A DNA stretch of 62,617 nt, counting the filler, from Choristocarpus tenellus KU-1152 (lineage: Eukaryota > Protista > Phaeophyceae), in the NCBI GenBank assembly GCA_964200185.2. It is 10 parts of 10 records of this genome, joined end to end, with 100 filler letters (N's around TTAATTAATTAA, not from the genome) between each part and the next. Parts side by side here need not be neighbours in the genome. Positions count along the whole stretch, not along the records: positions 10,314 to 19,327 come from CAXNAD020004081.1; positions 19,428 to 23,643 come from CAXNAD020015646.1; positions 23,744 to 31,981 come from CAXNAD020004949.1; 7 more parts are not named here. One strand, 5' to 3'. Under the pieces are notes generated by a model. That model made no database searches, was not told the origin of the DNA, and saw only the letters and a list, made by a program, of their open reading frames with translations. How positions within the stretch are numbered: position 1 is the stretch's first letter; every line of letters starts with the position of its first letter. Below are positions 12,783-25,150 of the stretch, one piece after another. Both the position numbers and the translations under genes were made by a program.

Positions 12783-14176
12783 ATGGTTACTTGGGCAGTT
12801 CGGGGGGCACCAACCGGAAGCATATGTCATTGGAGGATCCTGGCGCTGCTGCTACCTCTCCTGCACTCTGCCCGAGCTTTCTCTTCTGTTTGGCGTTTCC
12901 CTGTCACCACCTCGTCTTTACAGGGGTCAATCGTACAATCTAGACGGCCACTGCACAACGTGTGTTTGTGTGCAGGCACAAAGAACATAGATGTGAGGGA
13001 CTCGTGGACATAGGCCTGTCTTCGAAATAGAAAGCAAAGGGTCCTTTAGAGGAGAAAATCAATGATAAGCGACTGCCTGGGTTGTAAAATAGTTGTCTTC
13101 GTGCAATTCAGGTAGCATTTATTTGGGCAGTTGGCCATTCAATCACTTGCGTGAGTAGTAGGTTGACCTAGCCCCCTTCCTGCTAATCCCTTTTCTCTGT
13201 TAGTCCGCCGCACTCGTTGTCTGCATTTCAAATCTAACAACTTCAACCAGTGTCACCCTTTTACCTGGAGTGTACCCTCATGACTCCGTTGTTTAGAAGA
13301 TAGGATTGACCTTCTCCACGATCTGGTGGTGTTATTGCCGCAATTTCCAAAGCTCCCTGGGTCACGTTATCCTTTCTAACACTCTTGATAAAACTGTCTA
13401 GTCTCTGTCTTCGCGGTTAACCGCCTTCGACGTTGTGCGGGCTCCACTGCACTCCATTCCCATGTATTGAGCAGGTCTCTGATGACGAACCCCAGCATCC
13501 ATCCGCTGCCAGCATACTTATCTCTTCTGCACTAGGACTAGCTCTGCTAGCCTCACCAGATGCCAGTATAATGGGACTGTACAGAAATTCGGGAGAGGGT
13601 AGTGTTGTAGGGGGGTCTGTTCAGGCGTTGGAGCCTCTAGAACCACAATTCTATGCAAAGCAATTGCGAGATGCCACTCCCATCACAAGCGTCCGCGGTG
13701 TGTGGCGCGTGAGAGAGGCAAGGGCGGACGGATCTCAAGCAATATGCAAGGGTCGGCTTACGTTCCGTGGCTTCGAGGGAGAACCAAAAGGAACTGTGGA
13801 GTACAAGGGTTGCAAGGACAGGCAGGGGAAGGGGCGTTGGATACTCAAGCCTGGAAACATTGCTGGGGGAAAGATCATGCTTTCGGCTCGCTGGAAGATA
13901 AAGTTTCCAGACGGTACAGCAATGATGTACCGTGGTGACGTATATATGGACGAGGCGGAGCAGCCGTTTGCAACTGAACCAGGGCAAACTGCTGGAGGGG
14001 TTATTGCAAAGGGGGCAGGGGGGGGTGTTGGTACAACAGTGGTGAGGCCAAACGCTCACATCCGTGGGGATGTACTAGAGCCTGTTACGGACAGGTCAGG
14101 GACATTGGGGGAAAAGAGGGTGGGGGACTTCCAAGCAGACTTGTTGGAGCTTCCAGATGACACAGAGAAGTTGTGA
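12783..14176 (+). CDS. Uncharacterised protein (~303 aa), probably plastid/thylakoid-lumen targeted
   Basis: Exons 12783-12992 and 13475-14176 (phase 0, GTGAG...GCAG). Signal peptide ending ARA-F, Ser/Arg-rich transit peptide, a second hydrophobic stretch, then a beta-strand-rich mature domain. Confidence 0.8.
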
Positions 14177-16319
14177 GGCTTGGTCCTTTGTGTCCTGTTA
14201 AGGATAGAAGGGGAGGTGGAGTGAGATGTTAGTGGTATATCATGTATGACATATATTGGGAGAAACCATTGGATAACTTGAATCCACTTCACAGTATGCA
14301 AGGTATCTTACTACTCCTGAGCACAATCATCTTTTATGGTCCTAGGGTACTGAAGAGGGATTGGTAGTATCTACTGATAGTATTTTTACCACTGTTTCAT
14401 CTTAAATTTTACTTACTATACTTTCCTTTTTTTCGGCTCAATGGCACTTTTGTCCTCAGCAACAGTTTGTTCTGACAGGCAAGTGTATTAGTGCCAATTT
14501 TAGAAATTGGCATCTCTCGTTTTAGCACTCCAGTATTATCACATACATATACAACTCTCTTTGTGATCAGTAGGTGGATAATTCCAGCTCCAATGGACTT
14601 TGTGTAGAGCAGAATTTAATGCTCTACACAGTTGGAGTCAATAACTCAACATGTGGAGCTTAGTTGACAGTGTAACAGTGATTGGTCTTGTCAGAGTGCA
14701 CTTGTTAGTGCAGTCTCAACGTTTTCTGTAAGGTAAGCCTTATGTCTGCCCTCCTTGCATGCTTTCATGTTATTAAATGGGAGACAGAGTCAAAGCACAA
14801 TACTCAAGTCCATGTTGATGGTTTGAATCAAACCTTTCACGATTAATAGTCCTACACATGTTGTGATTAATAGTGACCAAGCAGTAAGAAGATTTCTGAG
14901 TCATGATTGTACTCACTTTCCCTAGCGTATACCCAATCCCTATCCCCTCGATATTCCTCTCTATTGCTCAAGGGATAATGTGAACTAGGTGCAGGAAGCA
15001 TTTTCAGTGTCGTTCGGCACACTGGAGGTTGTTGCGATCCATTTTCTACGCAAATGTTTATCCCGTGGGAGGAGTAACATGCGAACGTGGTACTCTATGG
15101 ACAGGGTGCCATGAGAATTTTGCATGCAAATAATGATAAAAGGGTCCTCCTTTGCTCCTCTTTTGCGCTATGGATTGAATTCTAGCCTACATTGAAGTGG
15201 ATTTATTCCTAGGCATTGATTGTGAGAATGGAGTGACATGCCAAATATCTTGAAGGCACATATATGTTGTTTCGTACTGTGAGATAGATACTACCTGGTG
15301 TGAACAAGTTGGTGCGCACATCATCAGCAGTACCTCAAACAAGGCACTCCACTGCATATATAAAATTTCTTCCTCGATCTTGCACTACAGACCCCTGGGT
15401 GCGCTTGGGTTCTTCGCTAACCTTTGGTACGATTCAGCGGGTATTTACACTTGTTAATTGCAAGATCCATCCTGCTTGGTTGATGCTAATATATTCGACG
15501 ATCATTACTCAAGAGCCTCAAGCCTTCTCAAGCTGAAACTTTCTTGACGTGTATCAATTGAGTAAGGACGAGGTAGGCAATGGGCCTCCGATATTTATAC
15601 AGACTGTCCAACATCAGCCTCCCTAACCTCGATATCCTCCCTCCTGGTCGAGGCTCATGGTAAACATGACACTGGAAAGTCCCAAAGATCATCGCAATCT
15701 TCTTCAAGAGGTGCAACACATTTGGAAAAAATGTGAAACCCGAGAACATTGTTGGGGGTCCTACTGATGGAACCGAGCTGGGTCATACAGGAATAGTGAG
15801 GGTCTAATCTCTGAGCTCTCTATCGTGCGGGTGCAATGTAGAGAGCTCTCTGTCACCGATACTATCTGTGAAGAGTGGGTACATTTTTGCTTGATTTATC
15901 CTTTTCTCTAAGCTCCATCACTTTGTTCTCCAAGGGGAGGCTCCTCTATCCCGGCAATGGCGAGACTTCTCCTTTGATGGCGATTGCCGAGTCCCAGCAC
16001 AAGGAATGCATTCCATCTGCTTCTATCACCGTTCTCTTCTCAAAGATCAATTGCCTGTACGAGGGTCAACTGTGAAAAAATGTACGACCATCGTTAGGTC
16101 AGTCATCACAAATCCAGAAAGTGTAATAATTTGAATTGTTGCATTGTTTGTGGAATGTTCCAAAGACAGACTACAACCTTAACTAAACTCTGACTTTAAC
16201 CCTGTAGCCGAACTCTCAGCGCCCAGAGCGAGTGACGTGACAACACCAACATATCAACTATCCTTACTGTATAGTTAGCTTCGAACATATTGGCCTCATT
16301 GTATGCCACAAAGCAGAGT

Positions 16320-17536
16320 ATGTGGCATATCTTAGGCGCAGGAGCAATGGGAAGCCTTTGGGCCGCGCATCTTGCGCGATCCATGGGAGCTTCACGGGTG
16401 ACCATGGTCTTGAGAACTGCTGCTTGGGAGGAAATGGGGAAACCTTCGCAATCTGCAGTGCGCGTCGAAGACGCATGCCGTGGAGGAAAACAATGGTCGG
16501 TAGATATACCAGTCGAGCAAGTCCACGATGTAACACCAATCCGTCGGCTTTTGGTGAGCTGAGCTAGGTCAAGAGTGCTCTGTTCTTGCATTGCGGTCAA
16601 TGCGCCAGAGGATGACCAGGGCATCATCGATAACTGCCCTGTATTTTGGTTCAACCATTCTCTTACTATCGATGAAAATGAGCAGGTTACAACAAAGGCC
16701 ACAGATGCATTCTCTGCGATGACAGACGTATCAGAGCGCCTTACTGAGGATGCCGCGGTGGTTCTCCTGTGCAATGGCATGGGTGTGTTGGAGGAGATGT
16801 TGGTATGCGAGAACCTAGCAAGGTTCCCTTATCTCCTGGGAACTACCACGCATGGTGCATACACTAAGGGAAGGTAGGTTAAATAATGCCTTAACATAAG
16901 TCTTTCATCGTTATTGGTAAGATTGGGAGTGTTACACCCATCTTCAAGTACCGTCAAGTACAGTTCTTCCTGCGTGTTTATTCTTGCAATACATGGCACT
17001 TCTCTGACAGGCTGGATGTTGTTCACGCTGGAGTTGGGCGCACGTGGGTTGGGCTCCCAAAGTGCTCGAATGTCTCGTCTACACTGCTTCTGAATGCTGC
17101 AGCACCTCTGAAACAGACTGCATTACATGTTTCGCTTGTAGAACACATTGAGGAGGCTCTCTGGAAAAAACTCGCAACGAATGCATCCCTGAACGGTCTG
17201 ACAGCCCTAGTGGGGTGTCGTAATGGGAAAACCATCGAAAGCGAGCATGGAATGAAGATTATCAATAATGTTTGTACGGAAGTGTCTGAGGTGATGGAAA
17301 ATTCAGGAATGGAGTTTTCCCAGACGGACCTAGTCGCTTCTACCATAGGTGTTGCACGTGACACTGCCTTAAACCTTTCTAGCATGTATCAGGATATTTT
17401 GTCTGGTCATCCTACTGAGGTAGACTATATCAATGGGTATGTGGTAAGGGAAAGCACACGCTTAGGCTTGAAGGCCCCTGTAAATGATACAATCCACAGT
17501 CTCGTCAAGTTGAAGGAAGAATTTGGATCTCCTTAA
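16320..17536 (+). CDS. panE: Ketopantoate reductase (2-dehydropantoate 2-reductase, PanE/ApbA), ~315 aa
   Basis: Exons 16320-16553, 16686-16873 and 17011-17536, phase-consistent. Motifs GAGAMG (Rossmann), TTKA, LCNGMG, TTHGA, WKKLATNASLN, SSMYQD and TEVDYING. Confidence 0.93.
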
Positions 17537-17873
17537 TGGTTTACTTGGGTGTGTCAGTTACTCCACAGGATTGCACCATGTCTGCATTATGCTGCCGCCA
17601 CGCGCTGTGCGGAAAGAGTACTTGATTGCCTTGTTTCCATGGCTGGGTAGGAGGAGAGAGTGGGCTAGTCCCCCGACCTCACAGGACCCTTGATTTACTC
17701 CAATGACTCTTGTTGGGCCCTTTTGAGGCTGTGTATTCAGTGGTGACGTGATCATGAACCAGGATTCCCTGTGTCACTTTTTCTGTAGGGGGTAGGAGTA
17801 GTTGCTCAATGCGAAATTCGGAGTAGTGGTTTGGTGCCATTGTTTCGTTTGTGCCCACTCTCCTACCCTGGAA

Positions 17874-18121
17874 TGAGTCAAAGTAAACAAGAGGTAACCA
17901 GAGTCGCATTTTAACGATGTCAAGTATGTGCACTTTCAACATTTTTTCAAATGCGTGTAGAATATTTCTTGAATTGTGCAGGAATAGTTTCAATAGAGAT
18001 AAACGCTCTCAAGGCAAACTTAGAACTTATCCATAGAAATATGGGTGAATACGAAAGATCGAAAAACAGACTTAAATGCAAATCGGTCAAAACCTAGGTA
18101 CCTCTTGTTTACTTTGACTCA
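17874..18121. mobile_element. MITE family 1 (~250 bp)
   Basis: TIRs TGAGTCAAAGTAAACAAGAGGTA / TACCTCTTGTTTACTTTGACTCA. Related copies at 20135-20347 and 47668-47933, plus a partial inverted copy from 48767. Confidence 0.85.
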
Positions 18122-20134
18122 ATCTTGGCACCACTCTGCAGTGTGTACAGCTTCTTACTGAGTCGGAGAACCAGCCGTGTGCTCACACGCCATTGTTGAC
18201 TAAAAAAAATCTACTGCGGAATGCATGTGTTACGCATGAATATGCCATGAAATAGGAACTGATCTTTTCCATGCATTGAGCTTGGCATCTTTGTGATACC
18301 AAGATTGAGGAGTTAGGTGACACGGGACACAAAGCACCAACACATTAGAATGACCTGTTGTCTATTGTACCAAACAAGGCGTGTTCACCCTGCACCCTTG
18401 GCCACTCCATTCCCTATGGGCAAATACGACTGGCAGAGAGTCGCCTACCAGTTTTACTCTGGAATGACTGACAGCTATCTTTGCCTGTGTTGTTCGCTTG
18501 GATGTTGCTTGCTGCTTTGGAAAAGGAAACAGAACCACAATCAAGGGATAAGATACCAACAGGTAGGGCGTACTATTTATGAGGAACCTGATGGTGACAA
18601 CCTCCCAATTTGATTTGTCCTATATGACGATATCATTTGAGGGAGTGTACGCGTCAACACAATGATGATAAAAGGCATTAAATTAATATATATATTACTT
18701 GAGATTGAGGATGTGTTGAGGGACCTAGCATATTATGTAAGTTTGATTGGATTGAAGTGGTGTAAGACATAGTAGCATACTTCTTGCACATATTTATGAA
18801 AAAAAATGTACCGAAGAGACTTACCATACATCACATATACATATGGACGACTTCGTCTCGACTGTCTTGGTATAACGAAATGTTGCCTTTCTAATGTAAT
18901 ATGCGTTTATCTTGCGCCACAATCATAACATTTAACACAATAGTGGGTATACTATGTGTACTGTTTGTATCATATGGTTGGGAATCCGCAGCACCAAGGA
19001 GAACAGCATTGACGTGTCCATCTTACACCCATGCCTGATGATGATTTATTGCAATATATCACTATCACAACATGATATACTAAGGAACTATAAATTGTCA
19101 AGCCTGTTGTTCCGTGCGAGGTCTCATCCCCAGCTACGACTGAGGACGGCAGAACAGGCACTAGCCAGTGTTTTGACCATATATGCCAAAGAGGCGTAGG
19201 TTCTCACTACCCCCATATTACAAGGATGCTGTCGCTGCAAGCACCTCGATAATATGCGTCTTCCTGATTGGTGGATCCAGGCAAAGGGAGTCAGGGTTAC
19301 TGGTAGGCTCGTAGTATCTGGGGGGGGNNNNNNNNNNNNNNNNNNNNNNNNNNNNNNNNNNNNNNNNNNNNTTAATTAATTAANNNNNNNNNNNNNNNNN
19401 NNNNNNNNNNNNNNNNNNNNNNNNNNNAGTCAATTTTGGGTCAAGCCCATCCTCAATGAAAAAAGCTCCATCCTCAATTTTTGAAATCTGCTGTTTGTGG
19501 CAAGAACTACGAATTTTACACCTACTGTCTGCATGTACCCTCCTGCCCAAGGTGGCACCACAAAAAATCACAGGAAGACTACAACAAGATGTAAAGGTTT
19601 CGTTGGCGAGCAATGCCGATGATGCTAGTAAAACTAAAACTGTGAGGGTACTGTTTTGTCCTCTCAAATTCCTAGTAGTAGTAGTGGTCATTTCTTTAAA
19701 AACTTTATCGACTTTTCTCTCCGCTGTTGTTTTAAACCAACAGCACAATATCTGAAGTGGAGCGATGAGGTAGGTACGGGATGTCTGAACCCAAAGTAGT
19801 GCGAGAAGCAAGGTAAAAACAACAGAGAGTGTGGAACAGCGGCTACAGTACTATTAATATTTAGGAGACATACTAGAAGATGGAGTGTGGTAGGTAGTAT
19901 TGTCCAGCATGATGATACAAAGTATGACAGAAAACAAGAATAGGACTGACCAGAAAAATAGTGTTGTGAAGTGAAAGAATTACTGAGGACGACTTTATAC
20001 CGTCGGTTAGAGGAAAATACTATTGAATCGAATTGCACTATTATTATCGGACGAGGCAAAGCGCGAGAAATGCACGCAGGTCTCGAAGTGGCGTGTAGCG
20101 CTGTGAGCCAAAAACTCCAAACTCTACATAGTGG

Positions 20135-20347
20135 TGAGTCAAAGTAAACGAGAGGTACCAGTCTTACGTTTTAACGATCTGACAAATATATGTAAATTTC
20201 GGGGGGGTTCTACAAATGCGTGTAGGGAATTTCCTGAATTCTGTCGAAATTTTCCAAATAAGAGAGAAATCAAAGTTCTCTAGTCAATCTTACCAAATCA
20301 TCCATAGAAACATGAGTGAATTACAACCTCTCGTTTACTTTGGCTCA
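20135..20347. mobile_element. MITE family 1 copy (internally deleted)
   Basis: Same TIRs and internal similarity to 17874-18121. Confidence 0.8.
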
Positions 20348-21256
20348 GTAGTAGTAGGTAGATATAAGGCCATGAGCATGTGAAATGTATAGTGAGTTAT
20401 GGGTACCAGTGACGCCTTGTAACAAATATCATGCGGTTCTCTATTACCTCGGACACTTCAGTAGTCACACTTCTGGTTGTAGATACTAACAGTTAATAGA
20501 ACAAATAATATATAGTGAGTTGTGTCGTAGGAATGAGACAGGAGCCGTGAGGTCCATCACCAATACGCACGATGAAAAATACTGATCATCGGTGCTTTCT
20601 GGACACCATTATCATCATGCGTCTCACAAGACAAATGAACAAATGCATCCAACAATAGAGTTCGTAAAGTTGTAGATTAAAGTCAATTGAGAGGTAGGGA
20701 GGTTTGGAACCTTTTGCAATCTAAGCCATCTTTCTTACCCTGTGCAGCGCAACCTATTTCAATTTTCTTACGTGCAATATAGTGTACGCAAAATTGATAC
20801 CCTCCCTTTCCACACACAAAGGGACACCACAATTAAGCAAAGAAAGGCTCGTTCTGCAATTGTACAAAATGTCGTATTTTTGCCATTTCTCAGGATCCTC
20901 AAAATGCAACCTAGCCTACCTCTCAACTGATTTGGCTCTGTAGCTGTATTGGTAGTAATAGTGTCATGTATGGGACACGATAGGCACACCACATAATATA
21001 CACGTGTATTACAAAAAAACAATAATACCTCCTGCAAAATAAAACGTAAAAAGGCGACATATGTTACAGTAGTGTAGAAGGTCTCCGACTACGGGGTGTA
21101 GAGTTGGTCCTAGTTGTACTGCCAACTTCCCAAGTTCCTTCTGGGTTTTTAGACTGGTATTATAAAAGTAACCAGCTTTTCATTCTTTCGAGAAATGCAA
21201 GGGTTCAAACTCGGCCCTTTTCTATAGGGAGTCCTATAGAGCAGTTTATTATACTT

Positions 21257-21516
21257 TGAGTGAAAGTATCTTAGAGGGTACGAGTTTTGCCCTGTTTGCC
21301 CATTTGGGACTTGGCTTCTCATGAGTTCTTTAGTGACATTTTCCAACTCCAAAATGTTTAGGAGTAGGTAAAGTGTATATGTTAGGAAAATGTGTGTCAG
21401 AAACATGGATATTGACACTTCCTAACAAAAGCGATAGCCAAGATTACATCATAATCGCAACATCAAACTTTGGCCCCCTAATGGACGCGGCTCTACCCTC
21501 TAAGATACTTTGGCTC
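21257..21516. mobile_element. MITE family 2 (~260 bp)
   Basis: TIRs GAGTGAAAGTATCTTAGAGGGTA / TACCCTCTAAGATACTTTGGCTC. Closely similar copies at 21969-22228 and 45285-45545. Confidence 0.88.
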
Positions 21517-21968
21517 TTTTTAAGACGAAAACTGAACCACCTACCTGGTATAAAAGCTGGACAGGTTCACCTGACTCTCCCCTATACCATTAGGTTTCTT
21601 TTAGATTCAATATTTTCTAGGTCATATCGTCTTCAATCAACGCCTTAGACCACCACTAATCACCGTAAACGACCCTTGGAACGCCGAAACATGACGAGTG
21701 AGGGCTCAATTTCCAGAATAGCTTTCACGTCTCATGACTTTGGTGCCATGGGTCCTGGAAAGGGTGCCAGTGCGACGGCAATGTCACATCTCCTGCTCTC
21801 ATAACATGTGAAACTATTCCCCTCACGTATGACAAGCTTTCAAAACGTTAATGAAATTTTGTGTTCACACTACATCATAACATGTGGAAGCCACTATGCC
21901 TGACTTCCTCGAGTGGTCATTAGATGAAGCTCCAGACTGGAACCCTCCCACTTATACGAAAGAAATGT

Positions 21969-22228
21969 TGAGTGAAAGTATCTTAGAGGGTACGAGTTTT
22001 TCTCTGTTTGTCCATTTGGGGCTTGGCTTCCCACGGGCTTTTCATGACATTTAATCTACTCCAAAATGTTTTGGAGTAGTAAAATGTATATGTTATGAAA
22101 AGGTGTTGTCCAGAACAAGGATATTGACACTTCCTAACAAACACGATAGTCAAAATTACACCAAAATCGCAACATTGAATTTTGGCCCCCAAATGGACGC
22201 GGCTCTACCCTCTAAGATACTTTGACTC
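21969..22228. mobile_element. MITE family 2 copy
   Basis: Full-length copy with both TIRs, ~700 bp from the 21257 copy. Confidence 0.88.
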
Positions 22229-22489
22229 GTTCATGTGGACTATCGTGGCAACTGGGAAGAAGAAATTCTTCCATTCCCAAATTGTTTCAAAGCTCGTAGA
22301 CATGGATTGGTATGGAGTAGTGGATTGTCTGACGCTCAGACGTGTACATCCCCATGTGGCTCAGGTGGGCATGGTAAATGCTGCTCTAGTTTCTCCCTAG
22401 ACTGTCTAAAGTCGCACTTTAGATGTTCAATTATGGGCTACAATGGAATCTATATAACATTGGGTGGGTTCTAAAATTTTCCTTTCTTT

Positions 22490-22740
22490 GCAGGCAAGTG
22501 TCCGAAGAAGAGTTATACCAAACCCCATCCCCTTTCATGCCCACCCGAAAGAAATCAGTGCAAGGGTGACTGTTGGAGGCATCATACAGACCAGCATCCC
22601 CTGCCCAGGCTGTGCTGGCCTCCAAATCTGCAAGGCCATCATATGCATGGAGCATATTTTGCGGTATATACGATAAACTTTTTCTATCCTCTTTTTTCTG
22701 CCAATATTACAGTAGCAGCATGAACATTCTCCAGTGGTCT
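22490..22740 (+). mobile_element. Possible decayed SWIM zinc-finger (MULE-like) fragment
   Basis: Frameshifted pieces CKGDC / IIQTSIPC / QAVLA followed by IYDKLFLSSFFCQYY resemble a SWIM region. Weak. Confidence 0.3.
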
Positions 22741-23743
22741 TTCGTTCTGCCAAGAAAGCACTCGACATCCTTGTATACACTCCCCATTCCTTTATTCCAT
22801 CTTGCCTACGTCTGTATAACGGACGCATTTCAGGGAAAATATTGCGCACCTCCACTGCAAGAGCAAATACCAGTTAACCAAGAATTATCATGCAAATAGT
22901 ATAATGAGAACCTCCTCTTCCAGAATAGACGGAATGGCGAGCAACGGGATTGCTGAACTCAACACGCAAGAAGAAAGGCAATACGGAGACAGCAAGAATA
23001 GTCTTGGTACAGCAGTAAAAATAGTAGTCATTATCGTGTGTAGGGTGTTCTATCTCTGATCACTGGTCAGGAAAATCCCTGCACTAGTGCACGTAATGCA
23101 AACAAAAAATAATAATAATACATTCATGGTACCACAGTCCATTGTTTTCTGGTGGTACCTCTACCTTCAAGGTAGTCAAAGAAAGGTAGGCGATAAACGC
23201 TTCTTTCTTTGTGGTCGGTCCTACGTGCTCTGATGGAGGAGGAGGAGGAGGAAGAGGAGGAGGAGGGGGAGGAGAAGGAAAATCTGTAAAAACGAAGATT
23301 TCGCACCCCCTACAATTGGTGATTCGCATAGCGTGTTCATGGGGGATGATGTGGGGAGAGAGGAGACAGTGGGAGGAACAACTTCGTGAGAGGCACCGAA
23401 GTTGAGGAGGCAGTTCAGAGTCTCATTCTTATCTTCAAACATTTATTTAAAGGAGTAGAAATGCAAGCATGGTTGGGTAGTGGTACTGAAGATGCAAGTG
23501 TTCGCCCTTGTGTACCCCTTCAGCTGAAGGTGAACATTCCTGCCAGTCGGAATTTGTGTATGACATACTTGCCTCTATAGGACTCAGGGATTGAACGTCC
23601 CTTCCATCTGACAGTATCAGGTGCAACAAGGGGGTGCCGTTGANNNNNNNNNNNNNNNNNNNNNNNNNNNNNNNNNNNNNNNNNNNNTTAATTAATTAAN
23701 NNNNNNNNNNNNNNNNNNNNNNNNNNNNNNNNNNNNNNNNNNN

Positions 23744-23925
23744 TGACTTCACCACATGTCCACAAGGCCACAACATGACCGTGGCTGACGGCACATCACT
23801 ACCCATTGTGGGGTATGGCAAGATTGATTTGAATTTCAATGTTGGCCGCGATGAGTGGGTGCATGTTACTCTGACGTCTGTTGCACTTGTCCCGGAGATA
23901 GCTTTCAATCTTCTCTCTCTTCACA
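23744..23925 (+). mobile_element. Ty1/Copia pol fragment (protease-region beta-barrel)
   Basis: MTVADGTSLPIVGYGKIDL...VTLTSVALVPEIAFNLLSL matches the Copia pattern v.vadG...G.G...L..V..vP.l..NLlS. Confidence 0.75.
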
Positions 23926-24479
23926 TTCTGCTAGTAGGGCTATGGAAGTGAATAGCAATGATGGTGATGATGATGGGGTGGATGAGGCCAAGGACAGCCA
24001 ATGTGAAAGAGAATTACGACGACTCAGCATTGGAAATGGTGAAGACAACATCCTTCCCCACCGCACCAGATCAGGCAATCATCCTACTTCCGCCAAAGCT
24101 GCTGTTTTTATCTTCAATCCATAAACCCTTTTGTCTCTGCTGCTCTCATCGACGAACATATTCACAAATAGATAACACTTTCGGGACAAACATTACATAC
24201 TCCACAGTAGTATTAACTATTATGTAGTTTCATAATAATACTCCGCTTCAGCTAGAAAAAATGTTTACGAGACATCACAAAAAGAAAGCTGTAGATCTAT
24301 CTGCCTCCAATCGACTCTAGTTACTTACTGTTTGTAACTCTTGTCGATGCTACGTGTCTCCTCACCATCTCATGTTATTGTGTGTTAATATCACAAATAT
24401 TTTCTCGTGAGTTTATGCGATTCCTCGAGCTATCCGCGCGCACCTTCCACACAACATGGCATGTTCAATCTTCAAACAA

Positions 24480-25150
24480 AACTCAGCAACCATTCCGCTC
24501 TACACTCTGTGCAAAGGAAGCTGAGGCTGCTTTTGCAAGTACAGTTCAAGTTCTTTATGATAGAACGATAAGCGCACACCACTCGACCTCAAAGACCCAA
24601 ATGTTCAAGGCTGAAGTACTTAGAGGCCCTGTTATATGTTTGGGGGACATGGACACTCTCCAGATCCTCTATGTCAAGCTCTGCTCCAATCATCACTAAT
24701 CCCTACTACGTTGCATTGGATTTTGAAAATGGGAACAAACCGATTGCATCCTGTGATACAAAGATATAACCTCTTGTGAAGGCTGGGTGTGAGTGTCGAG
24801 ACGACTTGAAAATGCAGGCCTTGGTTCGAAGGGTAAGTTACATGCATACATATGGTATGAGCAACTGCCAAAAGCATTAATATTGATGCTTGGAGAGCTC
24901 ACAGCATATTAGAGACAGAAGAAGGGTCCACACAAGAGAAGTACTGGTGGATATGTTTGCAATATGGTCTGGAGAAGCTTGGGATTATGGTTGAGGGGTG
25001 GCATACAAGGGCAAGAAACCAACTTAGGCAGTACACATGCTTCTTGGACAAATGCATGCTAGAGAAGCCATGATAGCAAGATGACATCCATCATGCCAAA
25101 ACAGCAGGTAGGGCCGCAGATCAGGCATATTATTAAGGGTGCATGTAAAC
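24480..25150 (+). mobile_element. Decayed RTE-like LINE, post-RT C-terminal region
   Basis: AEAAFAS..VLYDRT..KTQMFKAEVL..YVKLCSNHH..LLRCIGF across frameshifts and stops. Confidence 0.6.

Noticed and set aside
18317-18613. Cys-rich 98-aa ORF faintly like PLAC8
   Set aside because: The similarity is split across frames and too weak to call.
23100-23290. Possible minus-strand proline-rich exon (FPSPPPP...LTTLK)
   Set aside because: Splice sites are plausible, but I found no partner exons or family match. It may just be a GGA microsatellite.
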